From Trichodelitschia bisporula (taxonomy: Eukaryota): 64,000 nt of DNA. Of the stretch, positions 32,776 through 45,049 are shown in pieces (positions within the stretch are counted from its first letter, which is position 1; each line of letters starts with the position of its first letter). A program made the position numbers and the translations under genes. The stretch spans positions 187,803 through 251,802 of the forward strand of contig ML996687.1 in NCBI GenBank assembly GCA_010356995.1. Direction: 5' to 3'. Below the pieces are notes generated by a model. That model was not told where the DNA came from. It searched no databases and saw nothing but the letters and a program-made list of their open reading frames with translations.

Positions 32776-33921
32776 ATGCTCCCCCCCGTCCCGCCCACAG
32801 TCCTCGAGCGCAACCCACGCTTCAAAGCCTTGTACCAGGACCTGAGCACCAGCCGACTGAACCCCGATGCCTCGACACGGCTTATCAAGCAGCAGCGTGC
32901 GCAGGCGGACATCGAGAAGGTCTTACTTCCTCTATCCCCTCCCTCCCCCCAAACACCCTCCCTCAAACCCCCACTAACCCCTCCCTAGACCCTCCAAACC
33001 GCGCGCACACACCTCGCACGCACCCAACTCCTGACCCACGCCCTAGCTGCCATAAGCTCACACCCCTCGCTCGCGCCCGAAGTACGTACGCGCAAGCCGG
33101 TTGGGCATCGTCAGCTTTATCTAACGCGCGCAGCTCGTGGCCACGACCCGCGTTGCGGCCGCGCAGTTGGCCGGCGAATTATCCCGCGATGAGGGGGAGC
33201 TGCTGGCTGATGATTTGGAGTATTTTGTTGTGCGTACCTGGCTTATCTCACGACCATGCCGCTGACAACGCAGGCTTCGACACCTACTCTCTCGCCGCTT
33301 CTCACGACGCACCTAACTATCAGCGCGCAACATCTTAGCATGCTGCTCTCTGCGCCTGCGGAGGCAGCGCCTATTACTTCTATATCCAGTCTCGCGACGA
33401 GCCTGTCCGAGTCGCTAACCACGCAGACTGCTACGATAGCCAGCACCCACCTGCGCATCACCGAGCTCAGCGCCGCAATCCAGTCCGCACAGCGCGAATT
33501 GCTCGAGTCTGCCGTGCGTGTGCTGGAGCAGACGGTACATGGGGCTGTTGCCCGAGGAACCAAAGCTAAAGCCGAGCACTTAGGCGTCGTGGCTAGGGGT
33601 TTGGAGCTGAAGTTACAGTATGTGGCCCGGTCGCGATGAATGTCACGTGAGGCTGGGATGACTGACATGCGCAGGATACTGGCGCAGACAGACCCGGTTA
33701 CCAATGATGCTGCTTTCCGTGGAGCCCTAAGGACGTATGCGGCCCATCTCGATGAGTTGGAGAAGGCCCTGGGGGTGAGGGTTGAAAAGGCGGAGACGGC
33801 GATGAGGGGGTATGAGAAGGGAGGGAAGGGGATGGCGGATGTGGGGAAGAGGTATGCGGAGTTGTTGAAGGAGAGGGAGGAGTTGAAGAGTGAGATTGCC
33901 GTGCTGGAGACGAGGAGGTGA
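32776..33921 (+). CDS. Coiled-coil protein, probable augmin subunit HAUS4/Aug4, multi-exon
   Basis: N-terminal LPP....LERNPRFKALYQDL...LNPDAST resembles the HAUS4 LPP...L.QNP.F..L..L motif; the C-terminal LELKL..AL..Y..HL..Y...G..M..V..RY..L pattern resembles the HAUS4 C-terminus (from recall, not searched). Confidence 0.65.
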
Positions 33922-34217
33922 GGACTGTGGTATGCGACCTGGGATAAGATCCCATAGGAGCGGAACAAGTCGCGATGGAGTATACTAACGCAGAGGGCGT
34001 TTGGATGCATGCACCTTCCCGTGTTGCCATCACCAACAGGGCACAGTATCAGGGCATCAAAAGCTAGCGGCATCAACGCAGCGAGCGGCTGCGAGGCGGT
34101 CACTGATGGCGTTCTACATACCGTAGTCATGCAGGCATTAGGTCCAAGTATTCATCTACATCTCGATTACATCAATCCTCAAGCCACCACATTCGCCCGC
34201 CTAACATCAACCGCATC

Positions 34218-34686
34218 CTACTTGCTACACGTAACCATCACCGACGTCGGGCCATCGTTTGCACCTGGCCCATCACCCAGACAAGTCGCAGTGGGCACAT
34301 CACCCGAGTCGCCTGTGCAGTCGTCGGAGAGCCAGCCCGTGACTATACACGAAACCACATTAGCACCACCTCGAGCCCCCATTCTCTCACACGACGTGAA
34401 GGAAGCAGGCCAACGCGAAGAAAGAAGGAGGGCACGTACCCTTGCAATTGCGTCCGCTGGACGCCATCCCCGTGATCTTGAAGTTACCGGGTGGTACAAA
34501 GCAAGAACCCTCGAGCGGGCGAGAGATGTTGATGGGCGCCGAACACCCCGGCGCCTTGAACACCTGAATCGTAGCGTAGACAGGAGAAGCGCGGATGTCG
34601 ATGGCGGCAGCGGAGACGAGCGGGACGGTGGTGGAGAGAAGGAAAGCAAGCGCGAAGAGGACGGCGGTGAAGAGCTTCGAGAACAT
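34218..34686 (-). CDS. Small secreted cysteine-containing protein, two exons
   Basis: Signal peptide MFSKLFTAVLFALAFLLSTTVPLVSA; intron GTACGT..GCTAAT..TAG; second exon VTGWLSDDCTGDSGDVPTATCLGDGPGANDGPTSVMVTCSK*; six Cys in the mature part. Confidence 0.75.
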
Positions 34687-35408
34687 CGTGAAAGTTTGGC
34701 GTGGAGAAAAACGAGGGTCAGGTATCGTGAAGTGTGCCTTGAAGACCTTCAAAGGCGATGGACAGCGGATGCCAAAGTGCGATGATGAAACGCGAAAGGA
34801 AATGGGCTTCCAGGCTTTTTACCTTTCCCCCTACCCCAACCCACCTGCCATCCCCCTTCCCTGAGGTTGTCGCGATTGGCCTCCCCGGCCCTCGTGGCTT
34901 CCCCATTCCGGCAACCGGGATCCATTGGACGGGGAAGCTTGGCGTGTTGGTTCGCTGAGGAGGCTCGAGCGGGGACGAACCAGCGACGGCCAGGGGACGA
35001 GAATAGAAATGCTCAGGTGGACCGGTTAACAACAAAACGCCTGTCAACTGTAAATTGAGAGCAGATAGAATTGCAGAACAACATTTACTAGGAACATAAC
35101 TGGTGTTAAGCCCGTCACTGCTCCACAACTATCGACGCCTCCTCCAATGCCAACGCCTTTTGATACCCTTTCCCGTGCCGGGTACATTATGCTGGGATAT
35201 CTCTAGATCCCCTAAGCACGCCAACTACTTTGATCGCAACATGGTTGTATCTTCGCGCCCAGCCCAGCCGTGCAACGCGGAGCCCGCATCAAGTAACCAC
35301 CCATCCATATACATATCCAAACCCCCTCTCCGCCACAGCCTCAGGATCGGGGCAGCTCACTCCTCGATGAAAGAGTTGTAACGCGCGACACCTCTTCATA
35401 CCACCCAC

Positions 35409-36830
35409 TCACCGCCGTCCGAAGGCTGATGACACCATAGACTTCTTTGAGGGCCTCGTATCAACAACACTCTCCCCCTGTTCTTCCTCCTCCGGCTCCG
35501 ACATGTCGTCGTCATCGCTTGTGACCTCAGCCTCGGAAGCCTCATCGTCGATGAACCCAGCTTCATCCTCGTCTTCGTCCTCATCGTCATCCTCCGAGTT
35601 GCTGTCCTCCGACTCGACTTCACCATTGGCGAACCGGGCAAGGGTATCCGCATCCAGGTCTTCGGATTCCTCGTCCTCGTCGTCCAGCCCCGCATGGTCG
35701 CGCTTGGCCTTCTTCCAGTATGCCGCGTCCTCGATCTTTTCCAGTGCCTCTTCCTCGTCTTCGGAGCTCTCGTCCTCGCCCTCAACGTAGATCACCGGAT
35801 TCTCCTCCTCTTGGTACCTCGACAGTGCCCGCGACTCCATTGCACGTCGCAGCTCTAGCTGAGCTGAGAGCATATCCAGTTTCCCCTTGAGTGTCAGCAG
35901 CGGCTGCAGTCCACTTGCGCGCTCCTTGATCACGCGAAACAGGCCGCTAAGCTGCCCAACGAGTTGTGGCTGCGAAGCCAAGAAGCCACCGTGCGACACA
36001 ATCGACCACTGTACCCACACCATCAAGTTCCCTGCACGCCCGGGCCGCTTGTGTATACGCTCCGCCAACCGACGGAGCAAGTCACCCACCAGCGGCGACG
36101 GTAGCCGTTCAATTGTCGAGCGCACACTTTCCAGATCGTTCATTCCGAAACATGTCTCCAGGAGCTCGCGGTCGTTGGTGCGTAGTGCTTGTGTGAGGAC
36201 GGTGCCAAGTGTGGCAGCAGATGGTGCGGCTAGCGTGTTCTTTGCTGGTACCTGTGCGAGTGCTGAGGTTTCGCGTGCGGCGTCAGCGAAGGTCGCTTCC
36301 ACATCAATAGGCTCGGCAACGTGGGTACGGAGGATTTCGCCAAAGGAAGGTTCTTCGCGGATATCGCTTTCCTTGGTAGCATCGCCGGCGAGTTTGGCGG
36401 ATGAAGCTCCATCGGCCATTTCCTCATCGTCGTCGACCCCATTTTGCTCCACCTGCTTTTTCTCTGTATCTTCATTTTCATTACTTTCATCGCTGGCCTC
36501 GTCTGCGGATTCCTCGTCGCTGCTATCGCTGGAAATGACCACGACATTCTCTTCGGGCGCGTCGGCCATGGCGACGTCACCATTACCCTCTGGTCTGGAA
36601 ACAACGGTGTGTGCGTCGTCGACCCGCATCCTCTTCGCCTGCTTTACACCGTTGGTCGTGACTGCACTAAGCTTCTTTCCACCATTCTTCAACAGGACAT
36701 CACCCAGGCCATTTTCGCGCGTGTCTTTCGAGCGACGAGGTCGCTTTGCGGGAGGTGCGTCGGCGGCGGAGTGGGCGGACATCGGTTTTGTGGCAGTCGC
36801 GCGGGATCTGGGAGCAATCGGGGCCACCAT
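35409..36830 (-). CDS. utp5: U3 snoRNP/SSU processome subunit Utp5-like (Dip2/Utp12 domain)
   Basis: TLGTVLTQALRTNDRELLETC..VRSTIERL..L...LAERI...PGR...LMVWVQW....HGG.L..LLTLKGKLDML, followed by an acidic tail. Confidence 0.85.
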   Translation of the reverse strand: MVAPIAPRSRATATKPMSAHSAADAPPAKRPRRSKDTRENGLGDVLLKNGGKKLSAVTTNGVKQAKRMRVDDAHTVVSRPEGNGDVAMADAPEENVVVISSDSSDEESADEASDESNENEDTEKKQVEQNGVDDDEEMADGASSAKLAGDATKESDIREEPSFGEILRTHVAEPIDVEATFADAARETSALAQVPAKNTLAAPSAATLGTVLTQALRTNDRELLETCFGMNDLESVRSTIERLPSPLVGDLLRRLAERIHKRPGRAGNLMVWVQWSIVSHGGFLASQPQLVGQLSGLFRVIKERASGLQPLLTLKGKLDMLSAQLELRRAMESRALSRYQEEENPVIYVEGEDESSEDEEEALEKIEDAAYWKKAKRDHAGLDDEDEESEDLDADTLARFANGEVESEDSNSEDDDEDEDEDEAGFIDDEASEAEVTSDDDDMSEPEEEEQGESVVDTRPSKKSMVSSAFGRR

Positions 36831-38683
36831 GGCGGGGGGTCCACCGGGAGGAGTGAGAGTGGGAGATGGGCGAAGAGGTGACTGAGGGAGGGCAAGCTGT
36901 CCAGCTGGCTCACAGACAACAGCTCTGTTGGTGTAGAGGATTGACAAATGGCGAATCTGTAGATGAGATAGAGCCACGGACGAAGCAGTTGTGTTGCAGT
37001 TGAAGCGAAAGAGAACTTTTTTTGGCCCAGGGAAGTTTCTCCTCTGCGTGCTGCAGCGACGGATACAAAAGTTCTTCCAAGCCCTAGCCCTCTTTGGTCA
37101 TTAGCCTGAGCACAGGCCACGTCTCCGTTAGGGGCTGACACCGACTTGCGATGGCTGGGTATAATAAGCGTGTCCGCCCCCGAAACCCAATGGTGCCGTG
37201 ACCTTGAATTATTGACACACACAACCCCCCCCCTCTCCTCCCCCATTCCATCCCACCCTCCATCAGAAGCTTCCGCTCCACCCCCCCTCCCCCGCTCCGC
37301 TGGTCTTTTCTACTCTTTCCGCCCTTTCCCGCCCCCTGTTTGCTTACTTCTCGGGCAAAGACTCCGGACGCGTTCTCGCCCTTTTCCCATCCTGCCACAG
37401 TTGAAACACACTGAAGGTGGACGCCACACTCTTTCACATCCAACCATTCAACCATTCCTCGGTATCTCCGCTCCGCTCCTCCGCCCACCCCCGCCCCCTC
37501 TCCGACTCACACGAACTACCCGGCAAACATCTCCCATTCGCCGAACCTTACCTCCCGTTGTCGTCATCTCCATCGTCGGCTCCAGGCACTTGCAGCAGGC
37601 TTTCCATCCGCCAAGATCCGCTGCAACGCGCCAAACCACCAATCACCCATCAGGCTAGGATCTGATTGCTCTCCGTCTTGCGGCAGCCTGTTGCACCGCC
37701 GCCAGCGGAAGTGCGCAGAGTTTGCGGCATTCGCTTTATTAGCTGCAGCCGTCCCCCTGTGACGCATCAGCTCCATCGTTTTTTCTTCTTCGCCACACCT
37801 TGCCTCTTAGGTGCTTCTCACCTGGGCAGCGCACGCGACTTCTTCGCGATTCTCCGAAGGCTTGGTGTTGGTGAAGCGCGCGCAAATTTACGACGCGTCG
37901 CATCCATCCCGTCCAAACGGTAGAGGCGCATAGTTCTCGCTGCCTCAGGCCGTTCCGCGTCAAGGATTCCTGCCTGACAGCCTCACCCTCCTTCCCTCGC
38001 CTCGTCCGCTTCGCCTCCAATCTCCACCCAACATCTCGCGCCTCCTCCGCTCTGGTCGCCGTTGGACCACCCCTGCTTCCTCTCCCCTACCCTCCGCCCC
38101 GCGCCCCCCTCTCGGCTGTTTACGGTTTGGTGGCAGGAATCGGCGGGTCGCGACTGACCGGGTATCTCCCGCGGCTTTCGAGGTCACATGACGGCTACCC
38201 CCGGTGCGGTTCAGTCGGCGTCTGCATAAATTCTTCCAGACGGGATCCTCGATTTTTTTTTGCGATCCCACCCCACTCGCGCATCCCTCTCCCACCCCCC
38301 TCCCCCCGGCCACAATTTTCCCGCACCACGCCCCACCCCTGTCCACCTCGGCAAACCATTTCTCCGATCCGACGTGCGCGCGCACGCCACCTTTCCACTT
38401 CCCCACCTACTTGCGACGACATCTCGGTCCTGTAAATTGCCACTGCAATTCCGTTGTCGCATCGAACATTAGCGCATAATCGCAAACTTTCTCGTCTTTC
38501 GCGCACATCATAGAGCTACGATACTCGGGACTTTGTCATCGAAACCAGTTTGCGCGGGATTCAGCGATCGCAAAGACATCGTGTGATCGGTTCCACTCTG
38601 CATTACGTCACGACGAGGATTGCGACGATCAAGGAATTAGGCAGTAACTAAGAAAAGGCGGCGCGCGCGCCCGCACATCGTCC

Positions 38684-41404
38684 ATGGCCGTGATGCCTTC
38701 GCAGGCCTCGCCGGACACCATTGCGCTCGGCGACAAGCCACAGGTTGCGGACGTTGTGAAGGAGTCAAAAGTGAATGGGTGAGTCTCTCACGACTCCTGT
38801 GACGTGACCGCTTTTCGTAGTCGACTTGAAATGCTGAACCTGTCCCTGCAGGAGCACCCCCCATTTCGATGCTCTCTTTGATGATTCGGCGCCTGCGGTC
38901 CAGAATGGCGTGACGCATGATCCCGTCGAGGACGCGCACGAGGCGGCAAGCGTTGTGGACGCCATGGAGGTCGTTGAGGAGGGGCCTGCCTCAGGCAAAC
39001 CGACGGGCGACGCATCGGATGTTCACATGATCATGGAGACCGATGCCAAGAAGGACGATGTACATATGGATGCCAAGGAGACCGATGCGCACATCGATAC
39101 AGCAGAACATTCAGGAAGCCCTATTCCACCGGAAGAACTGCCGTCGGCCAAGCTGGAGAGCTCCCCCCAGCGCACAGACCACCCCACCGCAGCAACCAGT
39201 GGCAGCAACAATCTTCCCGACGCGACAAACGAGCCCCCTTCTCTCGAACTTCCTCAATCTCCAACCTCCATCCCCCCACACACTTCATCCCCACCCCCTA
39301 CTGCCACCTCACCATCCGGAAATCCCGTAATGGCGATCACGCGGGGCATGGTTCGTCGTCGCGACAGCGATGCCGATCCTGAGCCTCCGCACGCTAAGCG
39401 CGCGAAGACCGACAGCGACGGCGATGTTGACATGGTAGATTCGCAGCCCACTGCGCATACCGAAAAACAAGCCGTCCCTTCGACCTCCGAGAACGCGACA
39501 AACTCGAAGCTTACCCCGATAGGCGATGGCAGTGGCGGTACGCCCAGCCTGCCGGTCATGCCCTCTTACGGCTCGACCCCCATGACAGATGCGGAGTACC
39601 GGAACCTTGTCGACGTGATCCGTAAGACCAAGAAGGTTAAAACGGCGCTCCCATTCCTTCATCCAGTCGATGCTGTTGCGTTGAACATCCCAACCTACCC
39701 ACAGATCATCAAGACGCCGATGGACCTCTCGACCATTGAGAAGAAGTTGAAGGATAGCCAGTATCCCACCATCGACGCTTTCATGGCCGACATTGAGACA
39801 ATGGTTCAGAACGCGATCACGTTCAACGGTTCTCAGCATATGGTTGCCCAGCAAGGCATGAATCTTCGCGCCTACATCATGAAGCTGGTGGACCTCATGC
39901 CCAAGGGAGGCACGGCCACGGCCAACTTGGCCAAGCGCCCCAAGAATACGTTAGTATCTGTACCGCCAAAGCCTTCCGTACAACGTCGTGAATCTCGTGG
40001 CATTGCTCGTTCTCCATCCGCAAAATCTGCGGGTTCTCCATCCGTAAAACCTGCGCCTGCGGCACCGGCACCGGCCCCGCCACCGGCCCCGCCACCGGCC
40101 CCGCCACAGGTCGGATATCTCGATCAAAATGGCTTACCGATCATTCGGCGTCTTGCCAATTCTCGTGCGGACCGCCCAAAGCGGGAGATTCACCCACCGA
40201 AGAAGGACCTACCCTTCTTGGCTTCTCGGCCTAAGAAGAAGAAGGGTCAAATTGAGCTCAAGTTCTGTGAAACGGTGATCAAGGAGATTCACAAGCAGCG
40301 CCACAAGGCCTTCTCGTGGCCCTTTCTTACGCCCGTCGATCCGGTGGCCTTGAACATTCCTACCTACCTCAAGATCATCAAAAAGCCCATGGATTTTGGG
40401 ACAATTGAAACCAAGCTAACCAATGGGGAATACTCTAGTGCTAAGGAGTTCCACGCCGACTCCAAGCTTGTCTTCCAAAACTGTGCCAAGTTCAACCCGA
40501 GGGATGAGCCCGTGTACGGCATGGGGCAGCAGCTTGAAAAGGTGTTTGATGACAAGTGGGCCACGAAGGATCAGTGGATTGCCGACAACACTCCTCCCTC
40601 GGAGCCACCGTCTGATGCGGAAGATGAGGACGAGGAGGATGAAGATGAAACGCCTTCTTCGATCCAGCGCATGATGCAAATCCAGGAGGAGATTGCTGCT
40701 CTCACTGCTGAGGCCTTCCAGATCACCAACGGGGTGAAAGCGTCCAAGAACGTTAAAGCGCGGGGCAAGACGGTCAAGACGAGCAAGGCTATCGAGTCTG
40801 GCGGGCGGAAGAACTCCAAGACCTCGGGTGCTGCCTCGAAGTCGTCCAGCAAGAGCAAGCCGAAGTACCGCAAGCTCACAATGGACCAGAAACGTGTCGT
40901 GTCCGAGGGCATTCAAGCTCTGGACGAGGGTCAGATGCGTAAGGCCGTCCAGATCATCCGCAACGGCGTTCCTGCTCTCCGGGTATGTTATGTTCTGCGC
41001 ATTAACCGCAGGCAGTGTTCTGACAAGGTGTACAGGGTGTGAATGACGATGAGCTTGAGCTTGACATTGACGAGATCCCGGATCCCGTGCTGTCTGAGCT
41101 GTACGACTTCGTCAAGCGTGCGCGTCCTCGTGACCTCTCGGAGGATGATGACTACGAGGAGCCGCGCGCCGTGACCAAGACCTCGACTCTTGGGCGTCGC
41201 AAGAACAAGCCCATGTCTGCGCGTGAGCAGGAGTCGAAGATCGAGAAGGTCAAGGCGCAACTCCAGCGGTTTCAAGCGTCTGACCATTCGCCTGGTGAGT
41301 CCTGCGTAAATCCGGAGCCGGACCGTGCTGACCGTAGTGAAGTTGCCCAAGACGACGAAGGCTCGAGCGATGACGAAGACAGTGAAAGCAGCGAAGAGGA
41401 GTAG
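38684..41404 (+). CDS. bdf1: BET-family double-bromodomain protein Bdf1, multi-exon
   Basis: First exon MAVMPSQASPD..VNG splices in frame to the 38910 ORF; two bromodomains (PFLHPVDAVALNIPTY..PMDL and WPFLTPVDPVALNIPTY..PMDF); ET domain (QKRVVSEGIQAL..ELELDIDEI); acidic tail. Confidence 0.95.
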
Positions 41405-43060
41405 GCTTCCAGTTGATGCTGTTCTGGATGGTAGTCGGTTGCATTGTTCCTTGCGTTTCGACTGTCGACCATCCAGGATGGTGTTCTGCGTTGTCCTCTC
41501 GGCGTGTTGAATCCCCTCATCGACATCTTTTTTTAGGCGAGTAGCGCTCTTTCGGCATTGTTAGCAATGTGCGTGTGTCCGGGTACAAGGTCAAGGTGTG
41601 GCGGGGTGACGTATGCTTTGTCGTATGACCATGGCGTGTCTTCGGCATTTATGTCTCGTCTTCCTTGTGGATGTCAGTGCGGTGCTCAAGAGGCTGAGAG
41701 GATACTTCTATTGCGGCGGAATGGATCCGGGTCTAATGGGTTTTCGTGTATTTGTACCTCCCTGCAGATGGCGATAAAACCAAAAAGACTCGACTGAAAA
41801 TGCTGACGTGGTGCATGACGTGGTGAAGCCTAATCGTGGGATCCTCTTTGCAGACTGGGACTGATGTGCGATGTACCGTACCGAGTAGTACTTGGCGTCT
41901 CGTGATGGTGAAGCCGGTGTCGGGCCAGGGCTGTTCCAGAAGCGGGAGCTAGAAGGGAGGAGTGGGGCGTGGCTGGGCTTGTCGATCGATGTTGCCGCGG
42001 GGTGGAGAATAATGTCGTATGCTTGGAACACCTGATGAAGATATCAAGAGGGGATTTGGTGAATTAAGGTGGAGGATGCCGTAAACGGTGAGTATATCAT
42101 GGTGTTGGTGGAGGAGCCGAGGCAGGTGTTCGAAGGAAGATGAGATGGAAGGACACGCTGAGTTGGTAACGTGGAGGCCCTGAGTCCGGGAGTCCGGGTC
42201 GGCACCCATTTGCTTGGTCATGTATATGTATCGAAGTGTTCAGCGTGAAGTCGATTGGGGTTCCTATTCACTGTATTCGATAAGACAGTTCAGTTCACCT
42301 GTGAGGAGTGGAGAAGATGGGAAGCTGGAGAGGTGGAGGATGGGATGGAAGGGGAGTGGAGAGAAGAGAGGGGAAGAGAGGGGAAGAGAAGGGAGGGTAT
42401 GACGGGTAGAGATTGGCCGGGGAAAGGCAAAAATGCGGAGAAAGAGTTCAAAGCACTCTCTGCACCCAGTTAACCTCCAAAGAGAGATGAGCAATACAGA
42501 CAGGGTTGATTGAGCCTTGGGTCCCTCCTCTCCTCTCCCTCGCGGCGGGACCGTGAGCATTTCCCAGGAAAGGGGACAAGAAAACGAGAGGCTACGGAGT
42601 AGAAAGCGATAGCGGCGTCGCCGGAAACCTTGAAACAAAGAACGTCAAAAAGAGGCCCCCAAAGACGAAGCCAATTTTGTCCTTTTTTTCCCATGCTGGT
42701 CGCGGGTGCTTTAGCTGTGATTTTCGGTCGGCCAACTCGTCTCGTCTCTTATGTGGCGGGCGGTCCGTGTTCGGCGGTAGACGTCCGTGCGGCGCGCCCA
42801 GAGTTCGCGACGGACACAGGAAGAGCTGTAACGAAACATCAACTTTCGCTTCCGCCCATCGACTCGCCTATCGAGCACTACAACCACCTCGATTCCATCA
42901 CCCTCCTCTGCCATCCCATCCCTACATCTCCGCACCGTCACGCCCGCCTTCCCAATCCCCTCCGGGCGCAAAATTCACCACCGCCCAAGAGCTCCCAAAT
43001 TCAAACGCGTCGCTTCTCTCTTCTGCATTCACGCAAACATCACCCCGCGCCTTCGCACAA

Positions 43061-44652
<1,592 letters not shown>

Positions 44653-45049
44653 ACTGGGGGCGGAGGGTGTACTATAGGATGGATAATGGGGTAGATGGGA
44701 AAAGGGGTAGATTGAATGCAGCCTGTATGGTGTGGTCCACCTATGTGACATTCGGTCGTGTACGAGAGGACATCATCACGAGCAGTACTGTAGCATCAAT
44801 CTTGCGCCCACGTTCATTCGTAACGGCTTCGCAGCCCGCTCAGTATGTAGACCCAATCCGTCCGCAACCAGCACCAGCGCCATCATGATTACCCGGCATG
44901 CACCGCAACATCGCTCCCTAGATCAGCCATTACCCCTTCTTTCCCCATCCCTATCCAAGTAAGACATCCCCGTCCGAGTAAGAGACAGTCCCATCGCCGC
45001 CATCAATGCGCCAGCCTATGCCATGCACCGCCCCGTCATCCCCGTCCCC

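Noticed and set aside
35887..36885. Long antisense ORFs (also 21338-22201 and 58642-59298)
   Set aside because: Shadow frames of well-supported genes in GC-rich, codon-biased DNA.
41708..42221. Possible small minus-strand gene between BDF1 and RVB1
   Set aside because: A pyrimidine-rich upstream tract hints at a transcript, but no coherent spliced ORF could be assembled.
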